This document shows, in pieces, positions 52,272-64,000 of a DNA stretch of 64,000 bases. Position numbers and translations under genes: made by a program. The DNA lies in assembly GCF_964204865.1 (NCBI RefSeq), contig NC_135252.1, positions 5,332,001-5,396,000 of the forward strand, read 5' to 3'. Each line of letters begins with the position of its first letter. Position 1 is the first letter of the stretch. A model generated the notes under the pieces. It did no database searches. It was given only the letters and a program-made list of their open reading frames with translations, and was not told the DNA's origin. Source of the stretch: Styela clava (taxonomy: Eukaryota).

Positions 52272-52688
52272 ATGGAAGAAGCATTAAACAAGTTCGAAAC
52301 TATGGTTGGATCGGCAGAGAAGAAATTGGACAATATTGAAAAGAAAATTGATGCTGAGTTTTCTAAACATTTAAATTGTGAAGATGATGATGACGATGAT
52401 GCCGAGAATAAATTATCTCTTTTGAAAAAATTAGAAGAAGTCAAAGCAGAATATTCAACCTTGTGTAAAGAAGCGGCAGAAGTGAGCACAGCGCAAAGAC
52501 AGATGGCTGAAGCATTTCAACAAGAACTTTTAGCTCAAGTTAAGCAGTTACAAATGCTCCAAGATCGTGGTTTTACTGGATCTGATAGAAGATTAGATGG
52601 TGACGCAGAAGCTGCTGTAAATACTTTTGTTCAAAAATCTGATGGACAAGATAGTAGTTTAATGCAAAGTGCAAATGAAACACGATGA
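52272..52688 (+). CDS. SKA2: Spindle and kinetochore-associated protein 2-like, intronless CDS, 138 aa
   Basis: MEEALNKFETMVGSAEKKLDNIEKKIDAEF..NKLSLLKKLEEVKAEYSTL parallels SKA2 ([48 protein letters not shown], from memory). Coiled-coil character and size fit. Confidence 0.75.
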   Translation: MEEALNKFETMVGSAEKKLDNIEKKIDAEFSKHLNCEDDDDDDAENKLSLLKKLEEVKAEYSTLCKEAAEVSTAQRQMAEAFQQELLAQVKQLQMLQDRGFTGSDRRLDGDAEAAVNTFVQKSDGQDSSLMQSANETR

Positions 52689-53506
52689 TACAGGTTTTGT
52701 TAACAGCAAACTATAATATAGCTTTGATAATAATGCACTTGGATCATTAAAATGTATCTCATTGTCACAAGACTGTCAAAGTAAAATGGAACGAAGATCT
52801 GGTGATATGCCTTGTACTGTTGTATGATAAGAGTTACATAGTACACTGCCAATAGAATAAAAAGTTCACTGAAGTCCTAAAATCCCTATGTAATTCGTGG
52901 ATAAACTTCTATTTTACATGACATACGGTAAATGGATATTATCCACAAAAATGTACAATACAGTATATTTTATCAGTTATATGATAAAGTTAATATTGCA
53001 TATTATGACAGAGAAACAATAACTACTGAACGTTTTCGAAGTGAATTCAAAATATTGTCAAAAGTAATTGATACGTTCTATGTTGGAACAATTTGTGAGA
53101 TATATTTAGTTTTAAACTTAACTTCTATTATTGAATTATTGATAGTTTTCATGTAGTGGACTATTACGGTAATTGCTTCTCGCATATACTTTGGAGATCC
53201 AAACTCCATCTATACACTGTACAGACATCTGTACCCCAATACAGGAATTCCAAGAATAGTAAGATGGCCTTCTAAGCTACACTTTTGGGTATTATCAAAT
53301 AATTTGAAATATTAATAATAGTCAATATATAGAAGTCTAATTTCATCAAGGTTTCAAGTTTGTGGTTGTTTGGAAATCTTACCTTTCATGATTTTTTCTT
53401 TTTGGCGTAGTAGCTATATACAAAGCTTTTATGAAGTGCTTTAACACTTCACACTTGATGTCAATTATCAACATTTACTGTAGTCTGTGTTATGTTCATG
53501 GACATC

Positions 53507-54132
53507 ATTTTTGTCATAGGCACTATTGTGTTCACAGAGATATGTGAGATATGGGTGAGGCTCAATTCAATTGTTATCTGTGTTTTGTAACTGACAGTCG
53601 ACAAAAATTTGAAGGTCATATTAAATTTCTTGAAACGCTGAACTTTTAGTCATGGTTATTTCAACATTCAATAAATGCCGGTTTTGTGTGTTTTTTTAAC
53701 TACTTTCACTTATTTTTCATGATATTCATGAAGCGTTGGGTTTTACATTTTGTAATCAAACTAGGCTTTGATGACGAGAACATGGGTGTTTCCAAGTTTT
53801 ATCGATGGATCAGTGTTGGATGTTATTTTTGTCATAGGCGCTATTGTGTTCACAGAGATATGTGAGATATGGGTGAGGCTCAATTCAATTGTTATCTGTG
53901 TTTTGTAACTGATAGTCGACAAAAATTTGAAGGTCATATTAAATTTCTTGAAACGCTAAACTTTTAGTCATGGTTATTTCAACATTCAATAAATGCCGGT
54001 TTTGTGTGTTTTTTTACCTACTTTTACTTATTTTCATGATATTCATGAAGCGTTAGGTTTTATATTTTGTAATCATATTAGGCTTTGATAACTAGAACAT
54101 GGGTGTTCCCAAGTTTTATCGATGGATCAGTG
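53507..54132 (+). repeat. ~310-bp tandem duplication spanning the XRN1 upstream region and first 11 codons
   Basis: 53507-53815 is near-identical to 53825-54132; ATGs at 53782 and 54099. Confidence 0.95.
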
Positions 54133-57100
54133 AAAGATATCCGTGCCTCAGTGAAGTGGTGAAAGAATATCAGGTTTATTGCTATTAAGTTACTTATTAT
54201 GATACTATGTTCAAATTTTCAAACTGCTATAGGAATAGCATATTGCCGTTGTCCAATAATATTGTGATGTATTAATATCAAAATCATGGTTTATCTTGTT
54301 GTGAATCAGAGAGTGACACAAAATAATATTGTAATAGCGTTTTGAAAAATAGATTTTTGGATTCACGCTGTGTCCTTGGTTAGAAAAATGCTAGCTAGTT
54401 GTCTATCTAGATCAGGAGTGTGCAACCTTTAATACAGGAGGGCCAGATACAAATAACTTGGTGAAACTGCGGGCTGCACCTGTATTTGACATAGGCTTTC
54501 TAGTAGTTGCAGGCACAAAATTCTTGATTATCTGATCTCATGACATGCGAACTACAAACTAGCTGTTAGTGCACTGTAACGTCATATGCTGGGCGTTGCA
54601 GCGCAAAGGGATTGGAATTACTTGCACTCACCAGATTAAACTAAATTAAAACTCGTTTCTCTGACCGCACATCATTCAAAATTGGAACTTCTCTGCGAGC
54701 CGCACAAGTTTTCCTTGTGGTCCGCAGGTTGCACACCCCTGATCTAAATCAATAGAATCTATTTGTTTGGATTATCCAATATGTATATTGATTCACTATT
54801 TGAATTTATTATTTTAGGTTCCAGAGTTTGACAATCTGTATTTGGATATGAATGGTATCATTCATGTTTGTTCACATCCAAATGATGATGATCCTCATTT
54901 TCGAATTACCGAAGAGCAAATCTTTAAAGATATATTTCACTATATAGAGGTACTTGCTGTGCAAATTCTTTACTTCAAAGTTCATTGTTTATTTCAGTCT
55001 GTATGATTGCGATGTCTACTATATTTGATATATAGCACATAGTATAATCTTAAAAAAGCGTCTAAAATGAGCAATTAACGTAGGATATGTTGACCAAAAA
55101 AGGGTTCTCTCCACTTTTTATAACCGTGTGTTGTTTTAAATAAAAACTCAATATAATTTTCTGTATTTTGACGAAATTTCTTTCTCTAAACTTGACCATA
55201 TTCGGAAATATTCAAAATTTTCATACATAGACTTTATTCAAAACATATTTTATAGTATGGTGTTTACCAGCAAGCCTGCCATATGGACAGTGCCTTAAAC
55301 TTCTTGACATTGGCTAGCTTTAAAAATAGAGATTGACAGAAAATGCTTTTGTATTAAAATTTCAATAAAAATCCTTTCAAAATTTCATGTATGTACAGGT
55401 TTTATTTCGTATTGTTCGTCCAAGAAAAGTGTTTTTCATGGCAGTCGATGGTGTCGCTCCACGTGCAAAAATGAACCAACAAAGAGGCAGAAGATTTAGG
55501 TTGCACAAATTATTCATGTTTACAATGTTTTTTTCTTTATTGCAAGTAATCCATGTAACCGTGTAACATTTGTTCAAGCAGAAGTTGTGTTGTATTACAG
55601 TGCTGCCATGTCCAAAACAAATAGAATATTTTTGATTACATTCAAAGCACACAGAGAAAACAATGACCTTTTATATTTGTGTCGTTTTAGATGTGATCAA
55701 CAATGTAATTTCCGACATAAACTTTCCCCAATTTAGAATGTAGTCGATATTTCATATTCAGAAGTCATTTCTCTGAATGTATTCGAAATAGTAAAATATT
55801 CGGTTTTAGCCATCCCTGGCACTAACTCTTCCTGTCTGGTAGTCAGCATGGTCACAAAGAATCTATCTATATCAGTGGTTCGCAACTTTTTTCGATACAT
55901 TCCTCTTTTTGCCTAGTCTGGCTAGGTTGCACAGTTTGAATAGGCTTTATAGTTTGTTCATAATTATGGATTACAAGGATATTGAATGAATGAACAATAC
56001 TAGTAAAACTACATCGAATACAAAGTAATATTTTTGTATCTCCTTCCCGAAAACAACAAAAATTTCTCCCTGGAGATGAATTCTTTCTCGGCTGGGAAAC
56101 ACTGGGCGGGCTAAATAGTAGCTGATTTTATCTAATCATACTCTTTATTGGTATAGTGCTGACATGGGCAAACTACAGCCCGCAGGCCAAATCCGTTGGG
56201 TAATTTAATCCTGCCTGCCTGATGCTGCCACAACCAAACTAAAACCAAATTTTGATGTTTTAGCTAAAGATGAACTCAAGAAATTTGGTGAAATTTCGAT
56301 TACATTTAGTTTTGGCACAAGCCCTATTGTTTTCCACATTTGCTTTTGTAACACTGTAAATATTGTTCATAAAATGTAACTTTTTACGTCACACTTAAGT
56401 GGCTCGTCAGTGTTGGTGAGCAAATATTTTGCCCCCCGGTCCAAAAACGTTGCCCACCCCTGGTATAGTGTGTTTAGGGAAAATTCAACTTATCAACTCT
56501 ACAAGTTTCTCTATAAACTGAATGCTATACCTCTTTGACAAATCAGATCAGCCAAAGAAGCAGAAGAAAATATTCAAAAGGCATTGAAAAAGGGTGAAGT
56601 CCTACCTGATGCCAAAAGATTTGATTCAAATTGCATTACACCTGGTACTAAATTTATGGTTAAACTTCAAGAGCAACTTGAATATATGGTGAAGAGCAAA
56701 GTGACTACAGACCCAGCATGGCAAGGAATCAGGATTTATCTGTCTGGTCATGAGGTGTGTTGAAAATCAGAATTATCATATTTAAATTATGAATAATCTT
56801 TGTGGGTGCTCTTTATTGTGAAGGGTTGCCATGGCACGATACACATCTCTGGTTCAAATTCCATGACCACCATCTGATCCGGGGAAAGCTTTCGGTCTTT
56901 CCAAAAATAATAGCTCCTCACTAACGTTAGATATCGGTGGATGCTTGCACAGGGCATTTTTCAGAGGGAAACGAGTGAATATCTATGTTTGAAAATGTTA
57001 CTAGATGTCATGTAGATAGACATTTACATATTCGTTTTTAGTTCTTCCATTATTTGACTAGATTTCATAATTTTTTGCGATGAGTGTCCTAATTGAGTGT

Positions 57101-60100
57101 ACGAAATATTTTCGCATTTCATCAGTATTTCAAAGTGTATTTCGGCTCTGTTTTTTAACCCCCAACTTGCACTTTTACTTAAATACTGGTGTAGTAGATG
57201 CGCATTCTCATCCAAACATATCTTTCTATAATTATTTCTAACTTGTATCTTTCATTGCAGACGCCAGGAGAAGGAGAACACAAGATCACTGAATTCATAA
57301 GACATGAACGCATGCAATCTCACTATGATCCAAATACAAGACATTGTTTATATGGACTTGACGCTGATCTGATGATGTTAGGGTTGTGTTCACATGAACC
57401 TCATTTTTCACTACTCAGGTGATGAAAACATTTTTCATACTATTGCTAATATTGTTATCAATAATATTTTGTTTACCAATTGTTATGGGAGTATCGATTG
57501 ATATTGATGCATTGTTTGTGTTGTTATTCATCATGATTTTGGTTTTTTAATCAGCTGATTTATTACTAGTTTGACTGTATTGGACATCGAAGGTTAAAAG
57601 ATATCAGGGTCAAACCTTAGGCCATCAGCCTCACTCAAAATATAATAAATTGGATAGTCGATGCTGAACAAGAAAAATGTTTGAAAAAAATATCAACCTT
57701 TTACATAGCAGGGGATGTTACTATGGCACCTTTTCGAAGAAAATGTGTTATTATATCACCTGAACAAATTAAAATTTCTTTGATATTTCTGCGTTCCCAT
57801 GTTCATTAATTATAAACCTCTCTTTGATTAATATGTGCTAATTTTGTTTACCTACTTTACATCAAGTTGTGTAAATGGACGGAAGCCTGTGGGTGGGGGT
57901 ATATTCACCTGGCTAACACAGACAGTCCCTGAACTTGCAAATTGCATTACGCAACCTTGTTTAACTAAATATTTGATGAGGTTTAAACCAGTTATGTACT
58001 GCATGAATTACTGAAAGAGTCTCGTTATTATCACATCACTGAATAATATGCCTTTACATTACATTACAATTTTCATTGCAGGGAAGAAGTTCGTTTCACA
58101 GGTAAAAAGAATAAAAATGCAAGAACTCCTAAACCAGAAGAAACAACTTTTCATTTATTGCACTTGTCACTGATGAGAGAATATATTGATCATGAGTTTG
58201 AAATTTTAAAGGTAAGTTGCTGCTATTGTAGAAACGTTATAACATTGTATACACTGAAATCTATTTTCTGAATCAATACCTTATTAAATTGATAGGTAAA
58301 TCATCTCCAGTGTACAATTTTGTTCCAACATCATTTTAAATATAGTACAAAGGGTAACAACATTGAAAAAACCGTTATTCTAAATTATCTACTAGAAATA
58401 ATTAACAATGCTTTATGCAGTCGCTTTATGCAGCTTTTTTTGGTTATCTTTTATTGTTATCTACAATGCTTGTTGTTATTTCAAATCCAATACAATTTTT
58501 TTTTTTTGAACCTGTCTCCAAAGAATTCAGATTGAGAGCAGTACACATTAAAATTCGGGATGGATAGAAGAAAATTTTTCAAATACTCAAATTACAAATT
58601 TTTTTTATTTTTAACTAAATATTTCTTTATAAAAATAAATTGCAGAGAAAAAGTTTGACATGTCAATTTTGTAACCGGGCTTTACCTTTGTGGTTTATGT
58701 CTTTCTATGACCGTTTTAGTTTATTCATCACAAATAGGTTAGCTCTGATTCATTCATGATATCTATCATCAACTACATCAAATGGCTCATCATTTTAAAC
58801 ACACTACCATTTTCATCTTCTGCAAAAATGACTCAGTTATTGAATGAAATTTTGTTCTGTTTCATATGAGTTTGATTTTGATAGAAGATCAAATTTTTAG
58901 TGCTTTATAAACTCTTTCTTTTTGGGATTACTAAAGATCGTGAATTTAAGTGGACCTTCAAATGCCATTACTTTATGAAGCTGAAACATACCTTTCACGA
59001 TCTTTGCATTTTTACCATTTGTGTTTTCTGAAAAATCTGATGTGCACCATTATCCATATTAGAGCAATTAGATTAGGCAATGCTACATGGACTATATAAT
59101 ATAAATGTTTAGAACAGTGATTCTCGCCCCTTTTTAGAATTTGCCAAGTCTCACGCCCTGCCTCAATACTATCTAACAATAAGCTACAAATAGCAGATAG
59201 AAAAGTATATTTTACTCAAAAAACACGTTGAAAATACTTGGATGAAATAAATGAAAACTTTTGAAAATTGAATATCCAAAATAAGGCCAATTCTAACAAA
59301 TCTTCTTATTTTTAATTGGCTTCACGCCCCCACAAAAATTGTCTACGGCCCACTGTTTGACAACCACTGGACTAGAACATAAAATATCCACAGCACACTT
59401 CGACAACCTGTAGTATGAAATTTAAGTTTGTCTTTTTGCAATACCTTCCTTCGACTTTTATTATGTTTTTCCTCTGACAAAAACTAGAAAATATTTTCTA
59501 TTGATACGCGGATTATGCTCCTTTTTACTAATGTTTTAAATCAAACTGAATGCAGGTCATCTACATTTTTTATCATGCATTGACCTTTATTAAATATTAT
59601 TTATTTCAGAAATCAATTCCTTTTAAATATGATCTTGAAGCTGTCATAGATGACTGGGTTCTTATGGGATTTCTTGTTGGAAACGATTTTATACCTCATT
59701 TACCTCATCTTCATATTGCACATAATGCCTTACCAATGTTATACAAAACGTACAAGGAAGTTTTGCCTACTCTAGATGGATATTTAAATGAGGGTGGAGT
59801 TGTCAATTTAGCGAGGTTTGGAAAGTATCTGGAGACTTTAGCTAAGGTATGCATTGTTTTATTTATTATCAAGCTATATTTATAGATGTGAATGTATATA
59901 AGTCAATTTGAATTATATAAATGCTATGCATTAAATCACTGGCTCCCAAAGTTTCCGAGCCGTGGGCTAAAATTAGCGGCCGTGACTCATATATAATCCT
60001 AATACTGGTACGTGTAATTAAGATAGGCCTACCGGTATAATTAAATTGTTACGAATATACACATGCTCAAACTTTGATAATGATCTAACGATCAGCAGTA

Positions 60101-63100
60101 TCTAGAACGCGAAAAAGTAGAAACCTAAAGTGTTTAAACTATTTCACTTAAATTCGGCGGGTTATATTAAATTGTTCCGGGGGCTGTGGTTCGGGAACCA
60201 CTGCATTAAGTTTGTGATATCCATTGTAATAGCTAATAGGCAGTGGCGAATATTGGTAGAATTAGGCTTGCGTTGTGTTTAGCTAAAAATTATGATTTCT
60301 TTCAATGAATTACTTGTAAATTCACATTTAACTTTCTGTTTCAGTTTGATCTAGAGAAGTTCGAAGAACACTATGCAGATTTCAAGTGGTTGGAGTCTAA
60401 AACGGGAAAAAAGAAATTGGGAAAGCAAACTCAAAAGTGAGACTGATTATTATTAGACTTACTGTAATGATATGTACAGTCAGTTACATATATTTTAGTG
60501 TATCTTTTTTAAATTAACGAATCACCTTTGTGAATATTTATAACAGTGATGTTCGAACTCCGAAAAAGACGAAAAAATCAGATATGGATTTTAATTCATT
60601 TGATTCTTTTGAAGAAGGAAGCAGCAGTAGTAGTAGAGATATGATGTTGGAACGAAAATCAATTGAAGTTGTCAAAGGTACATTGAATATCTGGCACGAA
60701 TCTAGAGTTTGGGAAAATTTACACCTAAATCTGAGCCATGTGAATATGTCTCCGGCACCTGGCTGAAAAAATTTTCAGCTCTGACTTCACCTACTACAAA
60801 AATCAAATTTTGATGATGAAAACATTGCTATATGCGAGCATTCTTTAATCATCTATTGTTAATGTCCTATCAATTTGATGCTAATTCTGAATTAGGGTGC
60901 AAAAAAGGAATGCAGCAACAGATTGTTTGAAACCACCGGGAAACGAAGGACTAGATTACATGGAAAGACTGCGTAAGATATGAACGAAAAGGAACCTAAG
61001 GAGAGCGTTTTAGGGACGTTGACAATACATTTTTGGCACTAAATTGAAACTCGAAGGCTGCGCATGACCACACATAACAAGCGCATATGGCGAAAGAAAA
61101 AGGAGTTGGAAACGCCATCGAATGAGCGAGAAACCGTTGTTTGCTCATGTCATGGTTAAAGCGTTAAATTGAAATTTTTAAATTTGAACTCAAATTACAC
61201 TTGTCAGGTTTAAATCATATTGTCACACATCCTTACATATCGTTAGAAATGAGTGGCTACTTATATAAGACCTGTCCTGATCCGAAAGGCGTGAACAATT
61301 GCCGATAAAAAAACAGCTAAACCCACATTTTTGCTGCATAGACCTGGCTGCAAAGAAGTCATTGCATTTATAGTTAGTATTATGGACTAAGGGTCATCTT
61401 GTTTTGATTTAGAACTTTCAGTTTCACAAGGACTAATAACCGAAGAGTATGATGTTGAAGCAGTTGGTCAAGAAGAAGATTCTACTTTTGATGTTGAATT
61501 TAAATTATTCAAAAGAAATTACTATCAGGAAAAGTTGCACTTCGAGGTAAGACTAATAATAATAGGTGGAATAATCATGAATGCTAGAAAAAGGGAAGGG
61601 TTGTGCGTAGGTTGTGAGACATTCTATTAAAGAAACGATCAAAATGCTTTTATACATATCTGGCCTTTGATACTATATAATTTTCACATTGTCATTTTTC
61701 ACAGACTAGCAATATAGTATTTCTTGTCTTTGATAGATGTTAAAATATACTTACCGGTACCCATAGAATGTAATTGTACTTGTTGCTAAGATTTGCCTAC
61801 AGAAGGGAACATTTTAAGTACTTATTTGTTTCATTATACCAGTGATTCCCAAACGGCGGCCCGTGGCTTTAATATGGCCCCCCAGACTTATGTTTTTTAT
61901 ATTTTTGCGTACTATACATCCAATTGTTACATCATTATCCCAGGTTGAGCGTGTAGCCTATATATTCGTACATTCAAATTATACCGGTATTTTAATTATA
62001 TGTAACAGTGCCGGCATCGGTCCCTTGCTGGCGCTTCCTGCTCTCGGCCCACAAATATGTATCTGCTTTTAATGTGGCCCCCGATTCAATGAACTTAGGG
62101 AGCCACTGCATTCTACCGATTGAAATAACATATGTTAACAAATATAATTTCCTTCATTGAGATATTGTTTGCTGGTATATAGGGCTTGGTAATCTAGCAA
62201 TGTTTATTAGAAGTTTCTTCACAGTACATTTTTTTACTTTCCAGGGCACAGATGGAGAAGTTGCTAAAATTGCATACGAGTATATTCTTGCTATTCAATG
62301 GATTTGTCATTATTATTACAATGGAGTGCAATCATGGAGTTGGTATTATCCTTATCACTATGCACCATTTCTATCCGATCTTCGAAATCTAAGTCAAATG
62401 AAATTGAAGTATGAAATGGAAAAACCTTTCTTTCCTTATCAACAACTGCTCGCTGTATTACCCGCTGCTAGTAAAGAGTGCCTGCCTGAACCATACTGGG
62501 TATGTCGATATTGTTTAATGTGCTTTTACTAGTGTTGCCAAAACCTTAGAAGCAATATATAATAATAGGTGAATTGTTGTGATTGTGCAGCTTAGCACAT
62601 GTATTTGAGGTGAAGAAATCTATTAGAGGTCGTATAATAATTTTTTTACCTTATATAATTCTGTCATACAGAAATTATTCCTTATAACATCTGACTTTAT
62701 AAGGTAATTTTTATATTTCAAGACCTGTTTTCGTTATTTTTTTTTCATGGGACTCAAAATAAAAAATAAGGAAAAGCTTTCATCATCAATCGTATCACAA
62801 AATTACAAACTTTACATTGGTCTGGTAATTTTTGCATTCCTGAATAAACTTTGCTGTTTATTTTTTCTGTAGCATGTTTTACCTAATTTCAGAAAGTATA
62901 GATGAAGTCTGAGATACTGGGAATGCTGTGGAATGGTCCATGATCAAGCACTACCATTGAACATACTTTTTGACAATTCATCATTTCAGTTATTTTCAAA
63001 TAGGACAAATTTTATCGCCAAATAAATTTTGATGACTTGTCATATAGACTCAATTTTTTTTATATACATTTCTAGGATCTCATGTGCAGTGAACATTCAC

Positions 63101-63195
63101 CAATCATAGATTATTATCCTCTTGATTTTACTTGTGATTTGAATGGAAAACAACAGGAATGGGAAGCTGTTGTACTTATACCATTTATAAATGAG
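54099..63195 (+). CDS. XRN1: 5'-3' exoribonuclease 1, exons 1-12 (gene continues beyond the window)
   Basis: Exons 54099-54173, 54818-54949, 55399-55499, 56547-56754, 57261-57418, 58082-58211, 59610-59846, 60345-60436, 60547-60677, 61413-61546, 62245-62499, 63076-63195 splice in frame. Motifs: [111 protein letters not shown] (XRN1-type). Confidence 0.96.
54413..54741. mobile_element. hAT-type MITE in XRN1 intron 1
   Basis: TIRs CAGGAGTGTGCAACCT / AGGTTGCACACCCCTG; TSD ATCTAGAT/ATCTAAAT. Confidence 0.85.
59937..60203. mobile_element. hAT-type MITE in XRN1 intron 7
   Basis: Ends CACTGGCTCCC / GGGAACCACTG; TSD CATTAAAT/CATTAAGT. Confidence 0.7.
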
Positions 63196-63227
63196 GTAAG
63201 TGGCAACATTTATAGTATGCTGTGAAG

Positions 63228-63532
63228 CAGGGATGTGCAACCTTTATAAAGGAGAGTTAGATGCAAACAACTGGATGAAAATGCGGGATGCACTCTTATT
63301 TACCATAGGCTACCTAGTAGTTGCATCTCTTGACATGCGTTGATCGCTTCGCACATTGTAGCGTTATAGATATTAAATTGAACTCAGGTATAGGCTTTGC
63401 CATATAAAGGGGCTTAAATAAAAACTCGTTTTGTGGGCCGCACGTCATTAATATTTGGCACTTCTCCGTGGGTCGCACAATTTTTCCTTGTGGGGTGCAT
63501 TTGGCCCACAGACTGCAGATTGCACATGACTG
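63228..63532. mobile_element. hAT-type MITE related to 54413-54741, in XRN1 intron 12
   Basis: Ends CAGGGATGTGCAACC / GATTGCACATGACTG; TSD CTGTGAAG/CTGTAAAG; internal similarity to the intron-1 copy. Confidence 0.8.
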
Positions 63533-64000
63533 CTGTAAAGCAAGATAAGTGAAGTAGAATGAATGTAAGTAAGGTGGTAAGGTGTAAGAATTTCATATGA
63601 TCTTCTGGTAATCAATTGTTGTTCGTTTCAACCTCAACCTTCAACATTAGCGCAAGAAAATGTCATGGCAAATTAATTGTCAAAGTTAAAATGGATATAT
63701 GGTCCTTGTCATCGTTGGAATGACCTCCTTTCAGGCTCTTAGAGATGCCATGTAGATGGTGGGTTTATAACAATCTTCACTTCACTTTTAATGACACTTA
63801 TATTCGTTATCTCTAGTCGAAATGCTGTTGATGATCTTCCAATAAATAACTGCAATAAACTACTTTTGTATTTCAATATTCCAAATATATTTTTTGTAAC
63901 AAAATCATACCACAAGTTTTCAATGAAGAAGTAGTAATTAATATAAATTATTCAAATATATGTTTTCGAACAATTATTAACTTGTATCCAAACTATACAT

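Noticed and set aside
56800-56910. tRNA-like GGTTCAAATTCC box and hammerhead-like CTGAT..stem..AAA in XRN1 intron 4
   Set aside because: No cloverleaf, and the hammerhead core (CUGANGA/GAAA) is broken; at most a decayed repeat.
1148-63596. Most short ORFs in the supplied track
   Set aside because: They are antisense shadows of real exons, intron read-through, TE fragments or chance ORFs in AT-rich DNA; the real genes are spliced.
1-64000. CRISPR arrays, rRNA or tRNA genes, prokaryotic operons
   Set aside because: None seen; the sequence is eukaryotic with spliceosomal introns.

Overview
AT-rich, intron-rich animal genomic DNA. Short GT-AG introns, many MITEs and the gene content suggest an invertebrate, possibly a tunicate (inference only). 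Spliced genes reconstructed by hand: (1) a tandemly duplicated micro-exon gene (3' end of one copy at 30-945, complete copy at 2066-5999) encoding a 179-aa protein with a polybasic/Cys N-terminus and two helices matching the PKA-regulatory-subunit (AKAP) binding consensus, which the ORF track misses entirely; (2) CCT6 (14 exons, minus strand); (3) a divergent Wnt (6 exons, minus strand) in which the lipidation serine of CHGxSGSC is threonine; (4) a secreted trypsin-type serine protease (minus strand); (5) a degenerate SmG/SNRPG-like copy; (6) an intronless SKA2-like gene; (7) the first 12 exons of XRN1, preceded by a ~310-bp tandem duplication that copies its start codon. Intergenic and intronic DNA carries decayed mariner, pogo, hAT, Academ-like and LINE fragments and many MITEs with 8-bp target-site duplications (TSDs). 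The best candidates for new biology are the duplicated dual-helix small AKAP-like gene and the Thr-substituted Wnt. All homology calls come from remembered motifs, not database searches.
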